DNA of 64,000 nucleotides from Escherichia coli (GTDB lineage Bacteria; Pseudomonadota; Gammaproteobacteria; Enterobacterales; Enterobacteriaceae): NCBI RefSeq assembly GCF_017348835.2, contig NZ_CP071375.1; one strand, 5' to 3'. Shown piece by piece: positions 38,743 to 47,867 of this stretch (position 1 is its first letter; each line of letters starts with the position of its first letter). The notes under the pieces were generated by a model. It saw only the letters and a program-made list of their open reading frames with translations, ran no database searches and was not told where the DNA came from. The position numbers and the translations under genes were made by a program.

Positions 38743-38824
38743 TGCTATTACAACCTTACAAATAGCTGAAGTGTTGAACTGCAATAAGTGACGGGATGTC
38801 AGTTGGCTAAAAGTGTTCGGATTT

Positions 38825-39142
38825 TTACAAATCGAAACTCATATTTAATAAAGGTGCGTGTTGCTGTGCACCATAGACATCATTGTCACCTACATTCCCG
38901 GAGATAATATCTCGTGGCATGACGATTTTTACTGCGTTAGAAGGATCAAACCAGACAATACGATGAATAAAGTCAGGTCCAACATGATATAAGCGCGCAA
39001 TCAGTTCTGGGGTTAATTGCCCTGATGATTTAACTCGCTCATAGTTTTCTTTGGTTTTAAATAAAATATCTAAAACCAGTTCGTAAGGTCCGGCATTTTT
39101 CGAACGAATGACTTGCGCCAGTGAGACAATTGACTGTTTCAT
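38825..39142 (-). CDS. Small conserved protein, C-terminal partner of the AtuA-like protein (DUF4387-like)
   Basis: 105 aa MKQSIVSLAQVIRSKNAGPYELVLDILFKTKENYERVKSSGQLTPELIARLYHVGPDFIHRIVWFDPSNAVKIVMPRDIISGNVGDNDVYGAQQHAPLLNMSFDL. Its start overlaps the upstream gene's stop (ATGA). Family assignment is from memory, not from a search. Confidence 0.55.
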   Translation of the reverse strand: MKQSIVSLAQVIRSKNAGPYELVLDILFKTKENYERVKSSGQLTPELIARLYHVGPDFIHRIVWFDPSNAVKIVMPRDIISGNVGDNDVYGAQQHAPLLNMSFDL

Positions 39143-40509
39143 GCCTGAACTCCTTCTGGCGTCACCTGTTCAATATGGAAATCAAAACGCAGAGCGTCGT
39201 TGGCTTCAATCAGGTGATATATGGAAAATTCGTATACCGGCCCGCCCTGGATATCAGAAGGGGAGAACGGGAACGCCAGATTGCCTGCGGTAGCGATGCG
39301 GTTTTCATAGCCGTAGTGCAGCATGGTAGAGCGCACCAGCGAGCAAACGCTATTGGCAATTTCCTGGGTCGGTGCAACTACATCAAGAACAATTCCCAGC
39401 TCATGCCCGGCAGTTTGCATCGGTTCATGGTCTCCCATCACCCCGTTTTTGCCGTACAGGTGGAAATTGATGCGAATGCTGTCATCGTCTAACGACAGGT
39501 TACGCGAAACGCTGGTTTTGACTTCATCGATGATTTTATCGATCCCGGCGATCATGATCGGGTCGCGCGTTCCGGCGATGGTCAGACAGCGGAAGCCCAC
39601 CCGTCGTGCACCTTCCAGTTTCAGGGCATACGGCGTTTCTTCATGCTTAGAACCGCTGACGTACACTTCGCCGTCATTGACCGCTTTAAATGTGCAGCCT
39701 TTCAGGTTCAACACGCCGCCAGGTCCTGGCAGGAAGTAGGGATCGGATTTCTCATACAGTGTGTGTGCAGCTGCTGACGTTTCGGTAAATTTACGCTTCG
39801 GATTAAATGTCTTCAGCGTAAAGCCGTTGTCATCAATGATGCCCATCGCACAGTCAGAGCCTGAGCCGGGCGTTGCAGCGATTGCCGCGCATTCAAGGAT
39901 TTTCCCACAATGCAGCGCCAGACCTTCATCAAAGCCTTGCATGATCGGGAGCGCTGCAAAGCAGGCCGGGTCGTAAGCGCGCCCGCCCAGCACCACTTGC
40001 GCGCCTTCTTTCAGCGCCCGCTGGAAGGGTTCGATGACCATTTGCGCAACGATATACGTACTTTCGTCAATCGCGTCGTGGGTTAACGGCGGGACAAAAT
40101 CCAGCGCCGTGATTTTGCCGTTATCCAGTGCCTGGTGGACGATGGCTTTGTCAACGTCTGCCGGGATCAACGCCATCGAGAACGAGAGGTGCTCTTCCTG
40201 GGCAATCTCATGAATTATTTCTCGGCACCACTCCAGGTGTGGTGCGGCACCAGAACCGCCGGCCGTTCCGATCACCACCGGTATATTATTTTGCACGCCT
40301 GCGGTGATCATATAGCGCAGATCGCGCTTGACTCCTGCGCGATCGGTAAATGGTTTGCCTGCCCCGAGGTAGTGGGGGCCTGGATCGGAAGAGCCTGCAT
40401 CAACGGCGATCAGATCGGGCGATTCTGCCATCGCTTTGCGGAAGCTCTCTTCCGGGAATCCATACCCGAGGATTGCCGTTGGCGATAAGACTTTAAAAGA
40501 ACGAGCCAT
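39139..40509 (-). CDS. AtuA-like protein of unknown function (DUF1446-like), embedded in the glutamate mutase operon
   Basis: 456 aa MARSFKVLSPTAILGYGFPEESFRKAMAESPDLIAVDAGSSDPGPHYLG... Starts 3 nt after the MAL stop. Family assignment is from memory of the AtuA/DUF1446 N-terminal region; no enzymatic motif recognised. Confidence 0.55.
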   Translation of the reverse strand: MARSFKVLSPTAILGYGFPEESFRKAMAESPDLIAVDAGSSDPGPHYLGAGKPFTDRAGVKRDLRYMITAGVQNNIPVVIGTAGGSGAAPHLEWCREIIHEIAQEEHLSFSMALIPADVDKAIVHQALDNGKITALDFVPPLTHDAIDESTYIVAQMVIEPFQRALKEGAQVVLGGRAYDPACFAALPIMQGFDEGLALHCGKILECAAIAATPGSGSDCAMGIIDDNGFTLKTFNPKRKFTETSAAAHTLYEKSDPYFLPGPGGVLNLKGCTFKAVNDGEVYVSGSKHEETPYALKLEGARRVGFRCLTIAGTRDPIMIAGIDKIIDEVKTSVSRNLSLDDDSIRINFHLYGKNGVMGDHEPMQTAGHELGIVLDVVAPTQEIANSVCSLVRSTMLHYGYENRIATAGNLAFPFSPSDIQGGPVYEFSIYHLIEANDALRFDFHIEQVTPEGVQA

Positions 40510-40512
40510 TTG

Positions 40513-41754
40513 TTAATCCTTAGCCTGCAACAGCGCGATAGTACGATTCATTTCGTTGAAGACGATATCGAGGCCTTCGTCAAAGCCCATCCCTGGCTTT
40601 ACCAGCATACGCATAGGGCGAGCGGCAAGGGCGACGTGGACACAGGTGCGGGCACTGACATCAGTTTCATTGCAGGTGCCGCCCTGGTACGCTTCCATGC
40701 TGTGGCTGTTGCAGTAAAGAACCGCATCGACGATGTTGTGAATACTGCCCAGATCTGGGGTTTTGATTTGTACCATGTGACAACTGGCGGCATCAGTGAA
40801 ATCAACAATATCCTGGTAGGTGTTACACCATTCATCGGCCACAATTTTCACGCCGGAACCGAGGCGCGTCAGCTCTTTGGTAATCGCGGTCAGCAGGCGA
40901 ATTTGATCGGGCTTGTTACCGGCATCGACCGGTCCTTCAATGTAGAGCGGCAGGCCTTGCGCTTCTTTTTCCAGGCTGGCGATGTATTGCGCACAGCGAA
41001 GCGGATCCATATCGAAGATCAGACCGATAGTGCCGTATACATCGATGTGCAGGGTAGGGTGGTAGCGTGCGCTGGTGCGCTTGCTTAGAATGCGATCCGA
41101 CAACCAGCGGACATATTCGCGCAGTTTTTCACCTTTAAAGCCCAGCTTCTCTTCGACGTTATTAATCAGCGCATGGGGCAGCACGTCGATGCCCTTAAGG
41201 ATCATCTTATCGACGGCGATATATCGATCGTCGCCGCTCTGACCAAATAATGGAATGGATTCCGCCACGCGTGGCAACTGCCATTCATCACAGACCACTT
41301 CAGTTTTCAAACGGCTGGTTGCCAGCGCGGTAGCATCAAGCAGCGCCTGTGATAATCCGTAGCGCACGGCGGTATGCAGCAAGTTGCCGTCAATACGCAA
41401 TTTGTCGAAGAAACGGGCATTCGGCAGGAAAGCATCCACATCGCGGCCTACCAGTAATGGCTTAATATGGTCGTTGAGGAACGGAATAAAGTGCTCTGCG
41501 AGGAACAGTGGATCGCGACCACCTGCCCCGGAATACTGTACGGCAGCACAGTCACCTACAGCGACCGCGCCGTTTTCCAGAATCAACTGTACCGATACGC
41601 ACTCCCCGGCCTGACGAACGGCGTTAAACCCCTGTGTTACCGGCTCCCCGGTATAAAAAAAGCCGTCATGACCCGCTCCGTTTTTTATCGCCTGCTGGTC
41701 ATCGAAATAGAATGAGGAATAGCCAGCGGTGAACAGGGCCTGTTTTATTTTCAT
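40513..41754 (-). CDS. mal: 3-methylaspartate ammonia-lyase (beta-methylaspartase; enolase superfamily)
   Basis: 413 aa MKIKQALFTAGYSSFYFDDQQAIKNGAGHDGFFYTGEPVTQGF... Co-linear with clostridial/Citrobacter MAL. ATG overlaps the glmE stop (TAATG). Confidence 0.88.
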   Translation of the reverse strand: MKIKQALFTAGYSSFYFDDQQAIKNGAGHDGFFYTGEPVTQGFNAVRQAGECVSVQLILENGAVAVGDCAAVQYSGAGGRDPLFLAEHFIPFLNDHIKPLLVGRDVDAFLPNARFFDKLRIDGNLLHTAVRYGLSQALLDATALATSRLKTEVVCDEWQLPRVAESIPLFGQSGDDRYIAVDKMILKGIDVLPHALINNVEEKLGFKGEKLREYVRWLSDRILSKRTSARYHPTLHIDVYGTIGLIFDMDPLRCAQYIASLEKEAQGLPLYIEGPVDAGNKPDQIRLLTAITKELTRLGSGVKIVADEWCNTYQDIVDFTDAASCHMVQIKTPDLGSIHNIVDAVLYCNSHSMEAYQGGTCNETDVSARTCVHVALAARPMRMLVKPGMGFDEGLDIVFNEMNRTIALLQAKD

Positions 41755-43199
41755 TATGGTCTTCCTATTAATTTACTGTGGGATACAGCATTGATGTCAT
41801 CTACAACCATCTGGAATGTCGGTTGGCGTCCTTCACAGCGTGCGCGTTCCGCAACGTAATCGTGGTGGAGGTCGAGAATATCTTTTGGCAATGGAACGGC
41901 TCCGGCTTCCAGTACGCGTATCGCGCCGGTGTTGTCACGGACCGGAAGAATTTTGCCCGCGTTGCAGGCGGCTGGCGCAAACGGCACATCCAGTACGCCC
42001 GCTTCAAATGCCAGCACCGTACCGCGCGCAATATCACCATTACCCAGTTCGAACACTTTATTCAGTACCGCGCGAACCTCGCTCTTAATCAGTTCAATTT
42101 CCAGTTCAACCGCAGGGCACGGCGGGAATTTCTGCTCATTGACCATGTTGAGCATCTGGCGGGAGGCTTTCAGCCCCTGAATGTTGGCAGCGGCAGTCGG
42201 GATACCCCAGGCTTCGTGCGGACTTTTGGTGATGACTTTAGTGGCACCAGACATCCCCGCGACGGCTGCGCCCCAGGAGATAATAGCGAACGCTTTCGAT
42301 TCGTCTTCCGGAAAGCCGCCCATCCACTGGTGAAACACGGTACTTAATTCATAGTCGGTATAGCCATAGCTCTGAAAGTATTCGTGTGCAAGTTCACGCA
42401 GAGACTGGATCGCCGCAACATCCTGCGTCAGGCTGCCGACCTGTCCATAACCAACGGTAATAGATTTCACACCCTGTTCCAGCGCCAGCAAGCCTTCGAT
42501 TATGGCGATAGAGTGCGAGATAAACGGCGGGATCAGCGTACCCGTTAGTGGGCCAAACGGTTCGCGGTTGATGCGGATCCCGTGTTCTTCATACATCCCC
42601 ATTAAACGATCACAGTACTGCCAGTCGCGGATCGATTTTTCCAGCGTTACGCGTTTGGCATACGGAATGTTGTAGGAAATGCCGCCGCCTTCATAACTGG
42701 TAAAGCCGCTGGCCATTGAGATTTCAGCCAGCAGACGCGCATCTGGCGTGCCGTGGCGGATCTGTAGCGGTTTTTGCAGGGTTTCGGTGAGGCGACGGCA
42801 AGCTGCGACACCATGGTTAACTACCGGTAAACCGTTCAGTTTAGAGGTTCCGGCTTCGATGGATTTTTTAATCCCTACAGCCGCTTCTTCGTACCGATTC
42901 AGACGGGTATATGCATCGATGGTGCTTGGCAGCAGATCGCACTCTTCTTGTAGTGTTTTCAGTAGTTCGATGTGTTCGTCCATCAGCGCCACACCTGCGC
43001 GCGGTTGGCTAAGGGTTTTACCTTCCTTGTCTGCTTTCAGCAGCGCAAGAGAGAAGCGTTTATGCTCAGGGATGGTTTGTTGGTATTTAACGCCATCTTC
43101 AAAGTTTTCAACATCCTTGCCGGTTTCCCAGGTTTTCAGTACCTGTTGCCGCTCGGTCATGAATTCGTCATGGGTTAATTTCTTATTTCGAAGTTCCAT
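41754..43199 (-). CDS. glmE: Glutamate mutase (methylaspartate mutase) E/epsilon subunit
   Basis: 481 aa MELRNKKLTHDEFMTERQQVLKTWETGKDVENFEDGVKYQQTIPEHKRF... Large TIM-barrel subunit. Context: glmS-glmL-glmE-mal. Confidence 0.88.
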   Translation of the reverse strand: MELRNKKLTHDEFMTERQQVLKTWETGKDVENFEDGVKYQQTIPEHKRFSLALLKADKEGKTLSQPRAGVALMDEHIELLKTLQEECDLLPSTIDAYTRLNRYEEAAVGIKKSIEAGTSKLNGLPVVNHGVAACRRLTETLQKPLQIRHGTPDARLLAEISMASGFTSYEGGGISYNIPYAKRVTLEKSIRDWQYCDRLMGMYEEHGIRINREPFGPLTGTLIPPFISHSIAIIEGLLALEQGVKSITVGYGQVGSLTQDVAAIQSLRELAHEYFQSYGYTDYELSTVFHQWMGGFPEDESKAFAIISWGAAVAGMSGATKVITKSPHEAWGIPTAAANIQGLKASRQMLNMVNEQKFPPCPAVELEIELIKSEVRAVLNKVFELGNGDIARGTVLAFEAGVLDVPFAPAACNAGKILPVRDNTGAIRVLEAGAVPLPKDILDLHHDYVAERARCEGRQPTFQMVVDDINAVSHSKLIGRP

Positions 43200-43217
43200 T
43201 GATTGCAGCCTTAATTG

Positions 43218-44606
43218 TTATAGGGTTAAGCATTGAATACTGGTGCGCGCGGCGGCCAGCGGATCGACTCTGGCGACGTTTGCCAGCAGTGGTAATAGCC
43301 CCGGGGAATCGCGGTAATATTCAAATTCGGTCGGTAAGAGAATGCGTTTACCGTCGTCGTTTAACTCGCGGTATTTCAACCAGTGATGCATATCGAACTG
43401 ACTGGCACGCGAGAGCCATCCGCCGGATCCGACGACTTTACGCACGGTTGTCAGGTCACGTCCCATCTGCAAATCGACATTGCCGACGCAGGTGCAGACC
43501 TCTTTTTTGGTGCCCGCATGTCTTTCGGTGGCATAACCCACACACAGTCCGGCCAGGACGGTATCGAAATATTTCTCTTCTGCATTTGCGGGTAAGTAGT
43601 CGGGATGAGCGACTAAATGACGGAGATAATGATAAAAAGCGTCCAGCTGTGCGGGTTGCTGAGCAAAATTCACATTGACTAACTCTTTCGCACTTTCACC
43701 AACCACCATTGCCGAGACGCGCATTCCCAGATCGCCTTCCACCGTCCGTTTCACGAAGGGTTCCGGTACGCCGTGTAAAACGGTGTCGGGCGAGAGCGTG
43801 TTGGCACAGGCGGAATAGACATCGGTGGTTGCGCCACCCATGTCGATCAGCATGAACTCTTTCCAGCTGTGATCGACGCTACTGATTGCCTTAACCAGTT
43901 CAAAGACTGTCCAAGGTGTCGGCATTGGTTCTTCGCCTGTTTTATCAACAATGACATCCAGCCCTTTCCCTTTAACGATGCGTTTAAGGAATATGTCGCA
44001 AATAGCCTGGCGTGCGGCTAAAGGGTTCGGATGGTCAAGATCGGGCAGAACATTGTCGACGATGGTCAGGTCTTTATGCCCGAGGATCTCCTGCACCTCG
44101 TCCTGAATATCCCGGTTTCCGGCATAAATAATGGCGCAGTCGAGTTTGGATTCTGCCAGCACACGGGCGTTATTCAGTCCGTAGCTTTCTTCTCCGCCGT
44201 CGGTGCCGCCGGTGAACAAGAGAATATCGGGCTGCGTTTCTTCCAGTGCCTGGATATCACGGCGGTTCAGCTTGTAGGCGTAATATTGCGCAATTTTAGC
44301 ACCCGCAGAGTGAGCGGTTACTTTCGCTGTTTCCAGGGTGATAGAAGGCACCAATCCCATTGCGGCAACCGCCAGCCCACCTTTGGCAGAGGAGGAATAC
44401 TTCAATGCAACCTCACCGCTGTTTAACAGGGGGAGGGCATTATCTACGTTTAACACCTGGTTCAGGCTGGAGAAAAACCCCTTCGCCAGATGATGGGTGG
44501 TGGTTGGGGTCAGTACGTGGTTAACCAACGTTAACGCGTCCCCCTCCCGGGTGAAGAGGGCTGCTTTGGTCCACGTCGATCCAATATCGACAGAGACGAT
44601 TTGCAT
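43218..44606 (-). CDS. glmL: Glutamate mutase accessory/reactivating component (GlmL/MutL, ASKHA fold)
   Basis: 462 aa [31 protein letters not shown]... (acetate-kinase-like ATPase N-terminus). Lies between the S and E subunits as in Clostridium. Confidence 0.82.
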   Translation of the reverse strand: MQIVSVDIGSTWTKAALFTREGDALTLVNHVLTPTTTHHLAKGFFSSLNQVLNVDNALPLLNSGEVALKYSSSAKGGLAVAAMGLVPSITLETAKVTAHSAGAKIAQYYAYKLNRRDIQALEETQPDILLFTGGTDGGEESYGLNNARVLAESKLDCAIIYAGNRDIQDEVQEILGHKDLTIVDNVLPDLDHPNPLAARQAICDIFLKRIVKGKGLDVIVDKTGEEPMPTPWTVFELVKAISSVDHSWKEFMLIDMGGATTDVYSACANTLSPDTVLHGVPEPFVKRTVEGDLGMRVSAMVVGESAKELVNVNFAQQPAQLDAFYHYLRHLVAHPDYLPANAEEKYFDTVLAGLCVGYATERHAGTKKEVCTCVGNVDLQMGRDLTTVRKVVGSGGWLSRASQFDMHHWLKYRELNDDGKRILLPTEFEYYRDSPGLLPLLANVARVDPLAAARTSIQCLTL

Positions 44607-45055
44607 CAGATTGCCTCTTCAAGAATGCGAGTATCAACGTCATGACGTTGGTTGATATCGTGGGCCATCAGCTGACAAACCTCTTCTAAGTCATGACTTG
44701 GGGCAAAGACGCGATCAAATCCCATCTCTTTGAACTTGTTTTCCACGTCAGCGAAGTCATGTTTTCCTACCACCAGGTTACCGCCCACATAGAGCAGGAT
44801 GTCCCCCAGTCCACGCTCGATGCAGCGTTCGCGCATGCCCAGACAGTCGATATCGCCATGCCCATAGATAGAGGAGACGACAATCGCGTCAGCGCCAGTT
44901 TCAATGGCAGCATCAATATATTCGTCCTGGCTGACCATTACGCCCAGATTAATGACTCTGAAGTCGTGGTTGCTAAAAACGCGGTCCAGAACTTTATTGC
45001 CTACTGCATGGCAGTCCGCGCCAATAACGCCAATCACAAGTGTTGCTTTCTTCAT
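44606..45055 (-). CDS. glmS: Glutamate mutase S/sigma subunit (B12-binding domain)
   Basis: Start at [27 protein letters not shown]... with AAAGGA RBS. Carries the DxHxxG cobalamin-binding motif (GADCHAVG). ~149 aa. The longer tracked ORF starts upstream in AT-rich DNA. Confidence 0.85.
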   Translation of the reverse strand: MKKATLVIGVIGADCHAVGNKVLDRVFSNHDFRVINLGVMVSQDEYIDAAIETGADAIVVSSIYGHGDIDCLGMRERCIERGLGDILLYVGGNLVVGKHDFADVENKFKEMGFDRVFAPSHDLEEVCQLMAHDINQRHDVDTRILEEAI

Positions 45056-45613
45056 GGGTAATCCTTTGTAAGACAGAGAGTAAAATAAGTTACACACGTC
45101 GTATTTATGGCCGTTCATAACGGCACAGGTTTAATATCACAGGAGTGTCTTTATCTGACCGTAATGTTGCAATTGATCTATTTTCAAAATGTCTTTCGGG
45201 AAATGATTGTTTAAAGTGTGTTTTTAAATTTCCATGTTAATTCAGTGTGTTATGTCAACTAATGTCATGAATGTTAAATTTTTAAAATTAACTTGATTTG
45301 GTGTATTGAGATATTTGTGATCTACTTCTAATTTGCATTTTAGTGATATGGGTTTAGCCATAAGTAAATGCATTTCATAAAATTTAAGTCGAATTTCACT
45401 ACCATTCATTTCTGCTTAATGTAAAAGTAATGTTGAAAATAACAAATGGTTAATGATTAATGCGAATTATGACCTTCGTTAGCTCTTTTGATTTGCGTAA
45501 AAAAGAGAGATACATAGAGAGATACATGAAGGTGCTACCAGTATGAGTAATGTTATTTAAAGGTTTTATTACGTCTGGCAATAACGCAGGTCATTTTTCG
45601 CGACTGGGTGGGT

Positions 45614-46036
45614 TTAATCAGTATAATCCTCATACAATAGTTCAGGATTAACTGAACCGTTAACGGAGTTTTGATGTTGAAATTTAGAAATGGCGGAGTC
45701 AATCAATGAAGACAGTATTGAAAAAATAACTGTGTCAGAACTAATTTCAATTAATCCTTCTCGTTGCTGACCAAAAAAGATATTTATCTTGATTTCATTT
45801 GTACTACGGCAATCAATATGCAGTAATTTTTGATCGCTGAGATTTTCTGTTTCATAAATGTTTTTGGCGATAGTCGGATGTATTGATGCCAGACATCTGC
45901 TCAGATAAGCCAGATCCTTTAGGGAACACCCCGCTGAGTAGAGGATGTCAGAGAATTTTTGTGTGTCAACTGTTGGCTCTGAAGCGTATGTTGCATTGAC
46001 TGGAAGAGTATTGAAAGAGATCTGAGATGGTATCAT
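45614..46036 (-). CDS. Hypothetical acidic 140-aa protein in AT-rich DNA
   Basis: ORF with no recognisable motif. Roughly 18 D/E versus about 9 K/R/H (predicted acidic). Ser/Thr/Pro-rich N-terminus. Local GC ~35%. Confidence 0.5.
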   Translation of the reverse strand: MIPSQISFNTLPVNATYASEPTVDTQKFSDILYSAGCSLKDLAYLSRCLASIHPTIAKNIYETENLSDQKLLHIDCRSTNEIKINIFFGQQREGLIEISSDTVIFSILSSLIDSAISKFQHQNSVNGSVNPELLYEDYTD

Positions 46037-46117
46037 TATTTAAATCTTTCCGTGAGTAATAAAAATTAATCCCCAGGCATTGTTTAGCAATATTTGCCAT
46101 AGGGGATATATAGAAAA

Positions 46118-47062
46118 TTAAAGTATTTTATTGGCTTCGGTTAACTGATCTATAACCAGTGCCAGATTGGTAAACATTTTGAAAAAGCGATACTGGCTCG
46201 GAATATCTCTTTCAAAGACGAAACATTCAAGGTCATTGTTTGAAAAATAAAGGACTAGTGTTGCTGATTCGTCAGGGAAAACATGGAAATGTATCTGGTT
46301 ACCAGAAGGAGGATAGTCCAGAAGAAGGGTATCTTTGCCCGTCACATACCTGTTGTGGTCGTGGATGCTGCGCTCACACTTCATCAGAGGTGTCATGATA
46401 CTCATGTATTCATCTGATGTTAATATATTAAAATCACCATCCATTTTAAAGAAACGATAAAGTAACAGTATATCCTCTTGCGTAACCGGTTCGTTTGTTT
46501 TTAGAGGGAAATAAGTGGGAACCAGAAGATGAGGTTCTAATCTATTTTGTTGAGCGCTATAACTAAATTTGAACATAAATTCCGGATCGCTCATTAATTG
46601 AGTGACATAATTATGCCTGGCTTCAAAAATTTTAATTTTTATCAGGTTGAATAAGTCTGTTTCGTCATCCTGTATTAAAAGACATTGGCCATAGCCGCCA
46701 GGCTTTTTTTCATTATAAGCAGAAACGGTTATTCTGTCAGAGGTGTCAACGTTATATTCAAAAGCAAGATAGTGACCTTCTTCATCGCGATTTGTTTCCA
46801 GGTTATTTAAATTCATCACATGAAGTGTTTGCAATGCTGATTCAATGAGCTGTTGACTCTCTGGGGTAAATGTTTCGCGCTGCGTTGTATAAAGTGTATC
46901 AATTCCAACGACTATCCGATGTGGGTCAAGGATGGCGGCAATCATCTTTATTACCTGCACAGTCACGGGTGATGTCATTGATTCTTTATCTGTTTTTAGA
47001 GAATCATTAGATGGCCAACCTGAGAAGCGATTGACAGCCGAACCGATATTATCAGGACTCAT
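46118..47062 (-). CDS. Hypothetical 314-aa protein in AT-rich DNA
   Basis: Long ORF in a ~35-38% GC region. No motif recognised. No signal peptide or TM segments evident. Confidence 0.5.
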   Translation of the reverse strand: MSPDNIGSAVNRFSGWPSNDSLKTDKESMTSPVTVQVIKMIAAILDPHRIVVGIDTLYTTQRETFTPESQQLIESALQTLHVMNLNNLETNRDEEGHYLAFEYNVDTSDRITVSAYNEKKPGGYGQCLLIQDDETDLFNLIKIKIFEARHNYVTQLMSDPEFMFKFSYSAQQNRLEPHLLVPTYFPLKTNEPVTQEDILLLYRFFKMDGDFNILTSDEYMSIMTPLMKCERSIHDHNRYVTGKDTLLLDYPPSGNQIHFHVFPDESATLVLYFSNNDLECFVFERDIPSQYRFFKMFTNLALVIDQLTEANKIL

Positions 47063-47517
47063 AGCAGCAACCTCATTGTAATCAAGCGAGGCGCTGAGCG
47101 TACTCGGCTATAGAAAAACTAACTTGCAAAAATCGCTCATTTTTCATTTATCAGGCGAAAGTAGCCTCTGTTCACTCAGAAACAATCACTCCCGGTAAGT
47201 CATACCTGTTTCATCGATACATTTAAGTGATTATTACTAATGAAACAATAACATAACGGGCTTACGGTCGGTGCTCATAAAGGCAACAATCAATTAACTT
47301 TGATAAAAATATGTTATGTAAAATAGCAACAAATTGGCTACTCTAATCAATTGGTATTATAAAAAGTTGATTGGGCGGTTCTGTTAAATAAAACACTGGT
47401 TTTTTATCTATACCTTTTCATTGTAATAATTGTGTTGCATAAATATTTCACAATAAATTAACAATAAAATCACCAATGATCTATGGTTTATACATAATTA
47501 ACATATTTGGTTGTTTT

Positions 47518-47583
47518 TGATATAAATCAATTTTTAATTCTTGAAAAAAATCTGCAAAACACGATAAATTGTCGTAGATCAAA
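47518..47583. promoter_or_regulatory. cydAB regulatory region with FNR-type boxes
   Basis: TTGATATAAATCAA (47518-47531, perfect FNR consensus) and TTGTCGTAGATCAA (47570-47583) lie in the ~800-bp AT-rich leader upstream of cydA. Confidence 0.6.
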
Positions 47584-47867
47584 TTGGTGAGATCGTGACA
47601 ATTTCGCTATAAATTGATCACTGTCGAAAAATGCAAATTTGCTCAATAAAAACCTGTTTATTGTAAGGATTTTGCGGCGTAATATAATTACGGGATCAAT
47701 TTGGTTTATTCATTAACATATTTGTAACTTTTTTATCATTGTCTTTTCCTCTTTTGATGAAATGGCAACGATAGAGGCGAGCAAATAATTTTGTATTGGG
47801 GCATGCGTGTGACCCTTTCTAACGGGGTTCACTCTCGGAGTCTTCATGCGATGAGCAAGGAGTCATG

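Noticed and set aside
45056-45118. Extended glmS start at 45118 (170 aa)
   Set aside because: The extra 21 codons ([21 protein letters not shown]) lie in AT-rich leader without an RBS. The internal ATG at 45055 has a good AAAGGA RBS and begins the conserved B12-binding domain.
33507-47100. Interpretation of the island as a prophage/integrative element
   Set aside because: No integrase, transposase, att-like direct repeats or phage genes were found. The tRNA array is 10 kb away and not at the junction. It looks like a metabolic islet fixed by homologous replacement.
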